From a virus (lineage: Duplodnaviria; Caudoviricetes): a stretch of DNA of 57,086 nt. How positions within the stretch are numbered: the first letter of the stretch is position 1; each line of letters opens with the position of its first letter. The translations under genes and the position numbers were made by a program. Where the stretch lies: the IMG/VR virus record IMGVR_UViG_3300030328_001660, positions 1 through 57,086 of that record; one strand, written 5' to 3'. Below, piece by piece: positions 21,501 through 30,198 of the stretch. Below the pieces are notes generated by a model. It was not told the origin of the DNA. It saw only the letters and a program-made list of their open reading frames with translations, and made no database searches.

Positions 21501-24500
21501 CCTCGACTCAGATTGGAAAAATCTTTGAGCTTATAAAAAAGCGAGATATTAAAACAATGGATGATATCGTTGCTTTAGAAGAGCTAGGTAAAACAGATGA
21601 AGATGCGGCTAAGGATTCACAAGAAATCGCGAAACTTAGAGGAGTTTTTAAAGTACCTATTCTAAGAAGAATTTACGGCGGCGGTCAAAAGAACTTTGAC
21701 GAAGAATTTGCGGAGGGAGGAAAGGGCTATGATGCGATGAAAGAATCAGGCATTGAGCCTAGCACTGAAAATATTGCTGCACTTAAGAAGATTCTATTTT
21801 CTAAGATAGGGGTTAGTGCCTCTAAATCTTACCTCATTGACGTAGCATTAGGAGTTGACGAAAAAACTAAAAAACTTGTACACTCTTATTTAAGGATTGA
21901 ACAGGAAAGGGACAAGCCCTTGTTAGAGGCTTGGAAAAACTTAATGGATATGGACAATAAAACATTAAGTAAGGAATTAGAAAACTCCATAACTCATATT
22001 GATTTGCTAGATAAAAAGCTGAGGCAACTATATAGGTTAGATAAATCGACAATGACATTTGAAGAATGGAAAAAAGTCAAGGGATACGACGAGAGGTTTG
22101 AGGCTGCTAAAAAATTCTTAACAGAAAAACATGAAGCGGGAGATGCAATCCATCCCGGCACTGATAACTACGCTGAGTTTAAAAGAATGGTTTCCGGCGT
22201 TGGCGGTAAACTAACGGCAGAATCTATTGGTTACTTAAGGGCATTAAACATCCTTAACTCTCAAGAATATAGAATAAATGCGGAGAGAATTAAAAACGCA
22301 GCGGAACTCTTGGGGTTAAAAGATTTTGATATAACAGATTATTTAGGGTTTGAGGCACACGCTGTATATCAAGTTATGTTACCCAGTGGAAACTCAGGAA
22401 GAACCTATAACACAAGAAACATGGGATTAGATACCTTAGGGATTTCTTTAGAAAGAGTAGCGAGAGTTTCTCAGTATACACATGAGGGCATTACTTACGA
22501 AAGCTTCTCTGACTTCCTTGAATCTGGCGCAGCACCTACAGATAAGGCAGTGCTCACCCAGCTATTTGAGGATTTCTTAGCCCAAGATAGCGACAATGCA
22601 GATGCCTTGGGGGCCTATGATCTTGCTGATCCTTTCTTAAGAGATCAAAGAGATGCGGGCAAGACAGACGAAGAGTTAGAACAAATCGTAGAAGACTTAA
22701 TGATTAAGCAAGAAATGCTTCTTTGGTCAAGCTACGATAGGCCGCCATCAAGTGTATTCCCTGACTATACAGTAGAAGATTCGGATGTTGGTTTGTTAGG
22801 AAATATCCTAAGGGAATGGTATTCTCACTCTGAAGGAAGGCATGAATCCTTACGAGATGAGATGAGAAGAGAAATGGACCATTGGAATAGGGAAGGAGAA
22901 AATAGTAAGTTCCTTGCTCTTAAAAATAAATCCGGTGGTCTAGTCAATAAGAAGGTTGTGGACGCTTCTAATGGTGCGTACCGATATACGCCATATCACG
23001 TTTCTGAAAACAACCCTACGTCAGTAATGCTTCATACAGCAGGCCAAAGGGGACCACTGGCAATGCGACCGAAGTATAAGGAATCTCAATACCATGATGT
23101 AGGTTTCTTCGGTCTACAAAAGCTTCATATCCAAGAGAGATTAGAAAGACTGCTTGGGCCTTTACACACTATTAGGCGAAACCAAAGAGAACTATCTGAC
23201 GAAGAAGTAATGGTAGGAGGAACTAATATTGGTGGGTTCTCTCCTTGGAACGCGGCTGAACTACCGCAAGTTATTCCAACTCTCCCAGCAAACATGGCTG
23301 CTGAAGTAGGAACTCCTGCTGGAGTAAGGGCAGCACAACTATATTACGAAACTCATATGTGGGCCACAGAAAGAGGATTACAAGAGCAGTTAGAAGCGGA
23401 CCCAGAAAACTTTGCAAGGTTCTACATTATTAGGGAGATTGAAAGGACAAGGCAAGACATTCACAGAAGAGTTAGAGAGGATGATGTTATAGCCGACTCT
23501 GATGTTACTGCCCATAGAAACGCTTGGGTAAGTGGACTGCATGATGTTGTCCGATACTCTCGGGATATTAAAAACCCAGAACCAAGAAGAAAGCTAAAGA
23601 TGTTCCCTGAAGGAGAACAATTCGCTGCTGTTAATCCTATTGCTGACGACTTAACTTATTATGAAAACTTAACCAGCGTCCTTTCAGAAGATAACCCAGA
23701 AGGTATCTTACTTAGGCGTAGTATCTTAGATGGTGAATTTAAGATGGGGCAAGCTCCTGACTTTAACTTAGTAATTGACTTGGATGAAGGTGCGGGGGAA
23801 ATGAATCTCTTTGAGTTTAGTGACTTAACCGAAGATGCGTGGGCAGTCCAGAACGCAGACTTTAATAAATTCTTAGCTGCCCAACTATTTACTGAAGCCA
23901 TTGGTAATGCCCTTAAAAACTATAAAGACGGTAAGTATGCAAAGTATGCTATGAGACCAGATGACTGGGAAACAGAAATTGGTGAAGGACTAACAACAGC
24001 AGAAGCTATAGCAGAAAGACAAGAGATACTACAAATGGCAAGGGAGTACGTAGCAGCTCTTCCTTCCTATACTTTGGAAGTAGGTATAGAAGAAGTACTG
24101 TACGATGACGCTAAGGGTCGAGGAAAGAAAACCAATAAATATAGGTTAGCTTTTAAACGACCTTCAGGAGAAGGGCAGGCACAAAAGGGTGTATACGGGG
24201 CTGCCGTAGGTTTTGGCATGACATTTATGACCTCTCAAAAGATTAGCGCAACAAGTGGTAAGTTCCTTCTAGGAGAAGGCGAAGCTTTAAAAATGTTTAG
24301 TATATTAGAGAACGCTCAAACAATGGAAGGGATTAACCTAAGCAATTGGCTTAACAAGGGATTAGGAATTAAAGTAGCTGCGAACGGTCAAGTAGTAAGA
24401 GCTGTACCTCTGCACGAACGTGTAGCAGACGCTTTAGGATACAGTGCTAGACCTATTAGGGATGCAGCCCTTACTAATTCTGAATCTATTAGCAGGGCTT

Positions 24501-27500
24501 CTGCTGGAGAAACAGGCTTAAGTGTAGTGCAAATGATCACGGCTGGTGAAGGGTTAAGTGTAGAAGGACGGGCAGTAACTGTTGTAGATTTAGATTACTA
24601 CGCAAGGGATGGGTCTGGTTGGGACGACGGAGACTTAGGAACAGCAACTTTTGCTTGGCTTGAGTCTTATATTAGCCCAGTTAAGAAACTAATTCGTATG
24701 ATTGATCAATCAGGGATTAATCCTGCTAGTCCTTTGACAGCAGTCAGAGGAGAACTTGTAGCATTAATAGCTGCAACAAGAGAAGGAGATGCAGCCTCGG
24801 GAATTGTTTTAAGATTGCTAGCACTTAAATTAGAAAATCCATTTTTAAGGTTAGACGGAGCAGGGCGAAAGGTAGAGATTTTCTTTAGTGAGAAAGATAG
24901 AAACGCAGAGAACTGGGGTGAATTACTACAAAGAGCAGACAGTTTAAGCACTAGTATTAAAACACAGATTTCAGACGAAGGGGTTCGCCTCAATAATGAT
25001 TTACACTATGCTGCTATGCAGTTTATCATGCTTGGAAAGACAGATATAAACAGCACGGATTTTGATACCTTAGTAGAGAACTTTAGAGAATTTTTAGGGA
25101 AGGACTTAGAGTTGACCGGGAGAAATGTAGAAGAAGAATTACAAGGAGCCTTAAGAGGGGCTGTTCTACATGGTAAAAGGGTTCCAATTACAAGCTCCGA
25201 TTCTATCTTTGCACAGGATTGGGATGAAGGTGACTTCGATTTAATGGCTGATTTTGCTTCTAACTACACAGCAGAAACACCTATTGAAAGATTGCCAGAA
25301 CAATTCAGGCCCCTATTTAAGGGACCCATATTGCAAATCGATAACCTAGTTGCAGACGGACGAATTACAAGACAAGAAGCTGTAACTATAAAGGCTATGC
25401 TATATAGAGCTTACTCTTTAAATCCAGAAATCATTCTTGGATTAACATTTGAGTCTTTGACAGAATCCATTAAGGGAGGAGCTGAAGCAGAACGAGCTGG
25501 GGATCAGTTTACAATTAGAATAGGCTCTAACTTTAGATCAGTTGCTAAGGACAATCCCCTTACAGCGATTGAAATATTTGCTCACGAAATTGCACATATC
25601 GCAAGGTTAAAATTTATTGCAGATAATTCCAACGAGTTTAACGAGCTAATGGGCCTTTATCAAAGCAAAGAAGGAAAGGTAGTACTAAAAAAAGCTGTAC
25701 TAGCTTGGCACGGGGGTGTATGGACTAAGGAAGCAAGAACAGAGTTTGAAAAATATATAGATGACCCTACTGGAGAAGAATTTATTGCTGGGTTTACGTC
25801 TTTATACTTACTTGCAGATGTAGCTCCAGTAATTAGAGACCTAAACAAAAAAGAATTAACAATCTTTGGAAAAACAGTAGCTGCTGTAAAGAGAATCTTT
25901 AGTTATATTTCTACTACTATGGGTAGGTTACAGATTGCTTTCCATACAGAAGACCCAGAGTTTAATAAGGCTATAAGAAGAATGTCTTTGAATGTATTTG
26001 GTTATGACTCAGGTACGGATGGGCATAGAAGCCAGTTTGATAGTACTGCCGTATCAGATGCTAGATTTGGTTGGGATGCAAAGCATAAGGGAAGTGTCTT
26101 ACCAAAGGTAGATGTTGAAAAGGATTTAGAAATACTAAGGCTTAATCAGAGGTACGTTGAACTGAAAGAAAGCGAAAGTAGAACAAGTGACGAAGAAACA
26201 GAATTAAATAACATTATAAATACTATGACTGAAGATCCTTATGCAAGTAGCGCGACAGGATTAACTTCGCATGGAGGAGAAGGCGGTACATTTACTAGAT
26301 GGGAATACATCACTACTTTAGACACAGTAAAAGAAAAATACGCTCCTCAGGCTAAGACTAGATCTGAATTAGAAGAGCCTAGTAGAAATCCAACGGGATC
26401 GGGAATTATTGATTTTGGTATGTTGATGGCTGAGGGTACATCCCAAGAAAAAGCAGCAGCTTTTGTTTACCTAAACGAAGCACTACTAAATACTTACGGA
26501 GAACCAGTTAGTAGAGGGCTAGGAGCAGTGGCAAACAAAATGCTTTCTAAAGGGGCAAGAGATAAGGTTATTGCAGCTTTAATTGGCAACACAGGACATG
26601 AATCAACATGGAACTCTAACTTCTTGATTCCCATAATGCTAACTACTCTCATTGATGATAACATCGCTACAGTTTCAGGATCGTTTACTAATCCAAGAGG
26701 AACTCCTTCTGTTAGAAAAATCCTAGGAGAACTAGAAAACTTTTCGGGTCAAATGAGAAGTAATAAGACAACAATAGTTAAACTGATACAAAACAAAATG
26801 ACATCCTTGTGGAAAGGAGAAGGGGTCGCTGGAAAAAAAGCTAACTTGATTTTAGAAACATTAAATATACAAGTTATTGAAAGCGTTTCACAAAGAAATG
26901 AAACTGAAGGAAAATACGAATTTGATTTATCAGAAAAAGCCATTGGTGTTGCTTTAGACGAAGACGTTAAAAAAGAAATAGCTGAACAGTTGCATGAGAT
27001 GTCTGAAGTATTTGTACAGATGGCTTTAAGAAATGTAACAAACGGTAAGGCTATTGGAGAATTTGGAGAAGGATTTACTAGCGTAGTTCCTTATAGACTA
27101 GGAACATCGCTGGATATTGAAAACATTTCCGGTGAAGCAGTCTTTGTAGATACAATGAAAGGTCTTATTTCCCAAAGACTTTTAACAAAACTAGACGAAA
27201 GTGGAATGGTTGAAGGAACTATTTTACTAGCAAACGGAACACTACCTCACTTAACAAATGACAACCAAGCTTTTAATGACCTTAAAAAACTTAAAGATAA
27301 CTTCCCATCAATATATGGATTCCTTTTAGAAAGTGCTGTAGACCAATTGGGAGGAGATAGAGATAGAGAGTTAAGGGTAAGATCTTTAGATAACAGACTA
27401 CAGAGTAAAGAATTCGATGCTTTAATTAAAATACGACATTCTTCTCTAAAGTTAATGAATCAACTAACTAAAGGTAATATTACTTTACATACTTTATTTA

Positions 27501-29887
27501 AAGATTCAGGAACTAGAAGAGAACGACAACGATTTGAAACTGAATACAAGCATATGGTTAGTGCAGCCAAAGAAAGCAGCGACAATGTAGCCAATAGATT
27601 AGAAGGGTTAACCGTTAAGAGCTACGAGGTTTCTCCCAATATAAAGGCAAGATCAACTGTTAAAGCAGGAAGAATTGCAAAATCTTTAGGAGTACCTAGA
27701 GATGCCATTACACATATATTTAGAAACTTCTTAGAACGGTCTGCGGTAGGAGCATACTACCCTAACGATAACTTTGCACTTCCAGAAGTAAATGAAACTT
27801 TGCAAGCTAATGAGCAAATGAAAAAATACTTTGTCGTAGATATTACAAGTTTGTCTGAAAACGCAAGGCACGGTCTATATAACGAAACTGCCGAAAAACT
27901 TATGATGAGAGAATTTGGAGCACACGCTACTGTTTCGCAAGTTTTAGATCTAGTAGAGTCTGTAAATACATCTTCATATGGTATTCTAGACGCAGAAGGA
28001 AATAGTTCTAGGGAGCAGACTGAAGCAATTAAGACAAGTGTAGAGGTCTTAAGAAATAAACATGACACTATTAGAAAGATAAGAAACACTAACGAACTTA
28101 AATCTACCAATATACTTGACAGTGCTGTTCCAGAGTATGGTAACGCAATTACTCGAATATCATTTGGTGGCAACTTGTTTATGGCAACCACTATTGTAGA
28201 AAATGGATTTGCTGCACTAGACGAATTACTTGGAAGAGGGAACATCACTGGTTTTGTAAGAAGTGCCTTTGCACCATTCAGTGCTATTACAAACAGAAAG
28301 GAAAGGGCTAGAGTTCTAAAGGACCACGCCTACCTTATTGATTCCATGACCCAAGGATTTTTACCTGAATTTGAAAAACCCTTTGGAGGAAGAGAAGACT
28401 CTGGGCCATTGAAATTCCTTAAAGGGTGGGGATCACAACAGATGCGATTAGCTAAGTGGCAGTTAAAAAACATTTCTGCTGCCCGTGCTGTTAACCTAAG
28501 ATCCTACATCCAATCTACACTGGAGCTAGATAAGAAGGGGAATCGACCTCTTATTCGTTTGGCTGAAATTTTAGAAAACCCCAGTGACTTTAGTGAGGTT
28601 AGTTTTAACAGGGAAATAAGTCAGTTACCAATGGATAAACAAGAGGCCGCATTAAAGGAGGCTCTTCGAGTAGCGGGCATTAGTAGTTACGCAAATCTTG
28701 GAATTATTACCTACCTTATGAAAGCAGGACTTCTTCGGACTGATAAGCTAAACATGCTTTTAGAAATGATGCCAGAAAACGGACGGTACAGTCCCTTTGA
28801 AATGAGTCACGAACTGTTCTCTAGTCACTCAGAAACTACAGATACTAAAGACTACAACGATAAGCTAGACATAATTACGGGTCTAAAAGAAGCTGAAAGA
28901 TCCTACATCGAAGAGGCTATCCTAGCTCCAAATGCTTTTGATACTCAAACTCAAGAACTAGGAACAGCCGGAGCATTGTTTGAGATCTATCGAAGATATC
29001 CAGTTCTTTTTGTTTCTCAACAGCTTATTAGAAAGTCAAGTAGGGCTAGTCCCATGAGGGCAGGAATGGGTCTAGCTAGTCTCCTCCTTCTAGATATCAT
29101 GTATATGGTAGCTTTGCAGCTAGCTGCGGGTGTAACAATGGACGAGATTATTGAAGAGTTTGAACAAAACGGATTTGCTAAAACAACAAAACTGATAGCC
29201 AGAACACCACTAATGGGACGTTATTTAGCAATGATTGCTCCGATAGCATCTTTAGGAGCTAAAGCTATTAGCGAGGGAAAAATGTTCGGTGCATTTGACT
29301 TGCAAAGAGAACTAGCAGCAAATTCAGGGTTTATTCCTTTAGCTGCTTTAGGACAAGGTTTAGGGGCTGGCATTACCGGAATACAAACTACAGGGGCTTT
29401 GATGGGCTTAAACGACATGCCAGTAGGTCAAGACATCTTAAACGCAACAAGAGTTATTCCGGGAGCAGACGCAGCTTTAAGACTTAGCGTATACTCTCTG
29501 GCCGGAGACGGAATTGAGAGAAAGGATAGGAGATCTTCCAGTAGAAGTACTAGATCAGGAGGAGTTGGAACTAATCAGGTAAGGAATGTTCACTACGGAA
29601 TGAGGCAAGACGAGGCACTAACCACTTGGGAGTACTATGCCCGTGACATGTATAAGGAAGTATTAGGAGAAGGTGTTGTCCCACAAGCAATTCAAGAATA
29701 CCACTCACAGCTTCAGCTTATGAATAGCTTAGAAAACACAATGGCCCCGCCCGCCGCACAAACACCCGCGCCGCCCGAACCCGCGCAGCCGGAGATCACT
29801 ACCTCTATTTCCAAACCCGAGAATATCGTAGAAGCAATCATAGACAGAAAGCCTGAGAAGGCACCGGAGGGTTTACTGGACTCATAG
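15593..29887 (+). CDS. Giant (4764 aa) internal virion protein with a single-subunit RNA-polymerase-like domain and a zincin HExxH motif (candidate virion RNAP / polyvalent protein)
   Basis: Motif A-like 'SDRVASG' (nt 21296) then 'ELDFY'. Motif B 'RGVFKVPILRRIYGG' (R-x3-K-x7-YG, nt 21638-21679). 'FAHEIAH...EEFIAG' (nt 25583). Gly/Ala hydrophobic segments near both ends. The ORF is certain; function is inferred. Confidence 0.6.
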   Translation: MTSQNLNAWATSDLPFYFRDNEEQNQGIREWSEFTEGFKKLSEPSIVGGRTPDISDSWSIDLETGELVRGVYDITTAMTHGSYSSYYGGMFEDNQARSKYSARMQLGAYKHDLYKGTALEFSEKDKKLLNHYASKSAWNLSRLGDPFRDEQEEAGVDLWDVPVFTNFNETPDNIMGRDAPEGWDPQQALEVLKLKDPQMYSVYLNTLGGRENVDDLLSETKNPYDFFYTLTNEMQQIAYMRTQMEWWKTASASEVVTEYVYNFVVEGIANDPDFAASMGISLGISAGTAGVGAIPSFIVAAAAKVLKTGINFAKFLKWTARLQNRMNQLQRYLPENLGPTLVNKIPQVKSFAQHGKFAQFSVNRLGDVGEGLITGGLAEIGNQYRQLDAGTLDSFSVTRVINESLIEAAFSPAVNPAIGGLYKGIGALGSLGSNQIAVPLANALLGENSVKGISNFVGKIGRTANPQALAERLELIEINTEIRAELEALTLEGTDIETGVEEDTDPTSPTGVISAVIASLFDETGMSKAEFLTSVKEILTDFREQADNPTDARRPKEGKEQEVVLAELAQELVNRNQEVILERNDGNKQVFANILGWTKQHITLAKQAAKKGMSYKDYVNQIIERGEEFNLVPNDIRKAVVEKLGEKFKDATTEERLEVAKEILQERIQEQKKAITEFNQRTDEGEAEADARDEDIDGIDPDPADPAPADPEPKPVDPEKRKGDDDPKDPGLEGGEGGPPARKRSEDPLVRREELKRKLEKQKRELEALKKKLEDRLKSDPDPKIKEKVEKVRSLVLSVEKQLETVTVDLNQMLADHAIDNAELKPLVNTLIDLRDRLHKISEDLKVDQEDDKGVIWSYFRAKRFEALLTKLNRLYIEEGEGGNVKSADISPELRQTLEDIKKELKDDNSKTADRMKQYINGVLAGTEKQMTPKTISQYLVRGGQVIKSHMERLEKTDLYKENSALVKEFNKTLRDYKRVIANIQRGETLNDIQKFFAIQLQQTGARAQRKETEVFEAKEKLFNDMIGDKEAEGETVTVNELLPVLHQFSEWRQNKEAVVEENPEKGEKEYTIEEAKEIFGKEAAAVKQKIKTLSIGKLQNLRAGGRYSYIRGDYEHNYNDSDVLGTSYDPEYVLERSNEDGKELDPETVDDTAEMIVEPEGLDDMKQADLNKFIDDVMGGEGGKGGKNKDKVARIRAWIANKNAEVKPKRTGPAYLPSPTVVYETLDAADGSSLFEDSFDVRNAEAREVGFEDYFHAVNSYNLYVIGIHKNKENFAKAAKGIGRKEIKEAWDARSKLSEKQRDAAKAQKINLVKQMKKELRTEDIVFTRSLDKDVEAWIQFEAALDMLATKADPTKGIAAWRINQAMPAYLRDYVGLKPYVVFGRENVLGKSHSALMPSDVVDVDMASATDRQVVQHTLRYRPEELLNIARAWKERGVAKIDGWQKQELANVLDTLEAQAMDESNPNSAANLYYTIAFIERLESASELVNRELFKMRQEKRDGGWIMEVDGDTGFPIKFTKDESTWIGDARGHIRDRINSLIERRQTRSLRNIAEKFGLTLEEQRNEFHFPTYVITDAEGNISDNVADVIIESMRTELEGLHEGQLSLTKLGNGEYGYGSSKNVGYAVVDFLSDKEMPSIQSLTAITDKDGKVIPAQADEDTEIKGQPTNVRLPIEGEVNHAMPIPAMKLAALVSNYKARERMRFILGKEKFTPKEREAYKAWVEAKWSDIKSELKDPDPTGEQVPFAVIPQIVGNRLHEQVMKRSEVKAFIMELLLDVPRNAEGFIHDQVTRRRGSRLMFNEGMEEGIVQVVDRDGNIVDRDIKNLDKDQGLMVDLSHGDHILVPLGRIGEILAIEAMGPMFKGLTSVAVEEVMKLRDKREADGTGTSINDFLSNDNWSDRVASGVFEMKLMSLANDPNATIEVDGKKMTAEEIMNGILDGTFKRKEKTELDFYMRGAITAGRNNTDTSTQIGKIFELIKKRDIKTMDDIVALEELGKTDEDAAKDSQEIAKLRGVFKVPILRRIYGGGQKNFDEEFAEGGKGYDAMKESGIEPSTENIAALKKILFSKIGVSASKSYLIDVALGVDEKTKKLVHSYLRIEQERDKPLLEAWKNLMDMDNKTLSKELENSITHIDLLDKKLRQLYRLDKSTMTFEEWKKVKGYDERFEAAKKFLTEKHEAGDAIHPGTDNYAEFKRMVSGVGGKLTAESIGYLRALNILNSQEYRINAERIKNAAELLGLKDFDITDYLGFEAHAVYQVMLPSGNSGRTYNTRNMGLDTLGISLERVARVSQYTHEGITYESFSDFLESGAAPTDKAVLTQLFEDFLAQDSDNADALGAYDLADPFLRDQRDAGKTDEELEQIVEDLMIKQEMLLWSSYDRPPSSVFPDYTVEDSDVGLLGNILREWYSHSEGRHESLRDEMRREMDHWNREGENSKFLALKNKSGGLVNKKVVDASNGAYRYTPYHVSENNPTSVMLHTAGQRGPLAMRPKYKESQYHDVGFFGLQKLHIQERLERLLGPLHTIRRNQRELSDEEVMVGGTNIGGFSPWNAAELPQVIPTLPANMAAEVGTPAGVRAAQLYYETHMWATERGLQEQLEADPENFARFYIIREIERTRQDIHRRVREDDVIADSDVTAHRNAWVSGLHDVVRYSRDIKNPEPRRKLKMFPEGEQFAAVNPIADDLTYYENLTSVLSEDNPEGILLRRSILDGEFKMGQAPDFNLVIDLDEGAGEMNLFEFSDLTEDAWAVQNADFNKFLAAQLFTEAIGNALKNYKDGKYAKYAMRPDDWETEIGEGLTTAEAIAERQEILQMAREYVAALPSYTLEVGIEEVLYDDAKGRGKKTNKYRLAFKRPSGEGQAQKGVYGAAVGFGMTFMTSQKISATSGKFLLGEGEALKMFSILENAQTMEGINLSNWLNKGLGIKVAANGQVVRAVPLHERVADALGYSARPIRDAALTNSESISRASAGETGLSVVQMITAGEGLSVEGRAVTVVDLDYYARDGSGWDDGDLGTATFAWLESYISPVKKLIRMIDQSGINPASPLTAVRGELVALIAATREGDAASGIVLRLLALKLENPFLRLDGAGRKVEIFFSEKDRNAENWGELLQRADSLSTSIKTQISDEGVRLNNDLHYAAMQFIMLGKTDINSTDFDTLVENFREFLGKDLELTGRNVEEELQGALRGAVLHGKRVPITSSDSIFAQDWDEGDFDLMADFASNYTAETPIERLPEQFRPLFKGPILQIDNLVADGRITRQEAVTIKAMLYRAYSLNPEIILGLTFESLTESIKGGAEAERAGDQFTIRIGSNFRSVAKDNPLTAIEIFAHEIAHIARLKFIADNSNEFNELMGLYQSKEGKVVLKKAVLAWHGGVWTKEARTEFEKYIDDPTGEEFIAGFTSLYLLADVAPVIRDLNKKELTIFGKTVAAVKRIFSYISTTMGRLQIAFHTEDPEFNKAIRRMSLNVFGYDSGTDGHRSQFDSTAVSDARFGWDAKHKGSVLPKVDVEKDLEILRLNQRYVELKESESRTSDEETELNNIINTMTEDPYASSATGLTSHGGEGGTFTRWEYITTLDTVKEKYAPQAKTRSELEEPSRNPTGSGIIDFGMLMAEGTSQEKAAAFVYLNEALLNTYGEPVSRGLGAVANKMLSKGARDKVIAALIGNTGHESTWNSNFLIPIMLTTLIDDNIATVSGSFTNPRGTPSVRKILGELENFSGQMRSNKTTIVKLIQNKMTSLWKGEGVAGKKANLILETLNIQVIESVSQRNETEGKYEFDLSEKAIGVALDEDVKKEIAEQLHEMSEVFVQMALRNVTNGKAIGEFGEGFTSVVPYRLGTSLDIENISGEAVFVDTMKGLISQRLLTKLDESGMVEGTILLANGTLPHLTNDNQAFNDLKKLKDNFPSIYGFLLESAVDQLGGDRDRELRVRSLDNRLQSKEFDALIKIRHSSLKLMNQLTKGNITLHTLFKDSGTRRERQRFETEYKHMVSAAKESSDNVANRLEGLTVKSYEVSPNIKARSTVKAGRIAKSLGVPRDAITHIFRNFLERSAVGAYYPNDNFALPEVNETLQANEQMKKYFVVDITSLSENARHGLYNETAEKLMMREFGAHATVSQVLDLVESVNTSSYGILDAEGNSSREQTEAIKTSVEVLRNKHDTIRKIRNTNELKSTNILDSAVPEYGNAITRISFGGNLFMATTIVENGFAALDELLGRGNITGFVRSAFAPFSAITNRKERARVLKDHAYLIDSMTQGFLPEFEKPFGGREDSGPLKFLKGWGSQQMRLAKWQLKNISAARAVNLRSYIQSTLELDKKGNRPLIRLAEILENPSDFSEVSFNREISQLPMDKQEAALKEALRVAGISSYANLGIITYLMKAGLLRTDKLNMLLEMMPENGRYSPFEMSHELFSSHSETTDTKDYNDKLDIITGLKEAERSYIEEAILAPNAFDTQTQELGTAGALFEIYRRYPVLFVSQQLIRKSSRASPMRAGMGLASLLLLDIMYMVALQLAAGVTMDEIIEEFEQNGFAKTTKLIARTPLMGRYLAMIAPIASLGAKAISEGKMFGAFDLQRELAANSGFIPLAALGQGLGAGITGIQTTGALMGLNDMPVGQDILNATRVIPGADAALRLSVYSLAGDGIERKDRRSSSRSTRSGGVGTNQVRNVHYGMRQDEALTTWEYYARDMYKEVLGEGVVPQAIQEYHSQLQLMNSLENTMAPPAAQTPAPPEPAQPEITTSISKPENIVEAIIDRKPEKAPEGLLDS

Positions 29888-29937
29888 ATACCCAACTAGG
29901 GTATTGACATTTTAACTGTTAAGGAGGGTTAACAGAT

Positions 29938-30198
29938 ATGGAAGCAATAGAAGGACACCTTATCGATATCGCAATGTCTGTAGTAGGTACTGCTTTATTT
30001 GCGTTAATTGGTTTTGTTTGGAAGATTAGTCACAAGGTTACTGAGCTACAGAAAAGGTTAGACAATACTGTTCAGTTAAATCAAAAAGACATTAATCAGT
30101 TAAATAAAGATATTGATATGGTAATGAGTAAGGTCGATAAACATGGTGAGTGGACTACAAATAGAATGATGTCAATTGCTAAGGAGATGCCACGATGA
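29938..30198 (+). CDS. Small membrane protein with coiled coil (holin-like candidate)
   Basis: One TM helix (IAMSVVGTALFALIGFVW) followed by a heptad region. AAGGAGG RBS. Confidence 0.5.
   Translation: MEAIEGHLIDIAMSVVGTALFALIGFVWKISHKVTELQKRLDNTVQLNQKDINQLNKDIDMVMSKVDKHGEWTTNRMMSIAKEMPR

Noticed and set aside
799-29895. Numerous short minus-strand ORFs within structural genes
   Set aside because: Antisense shadows of long + strand genes, with low-complexity Ser/Phe/Leu-rich translations and no independent support.
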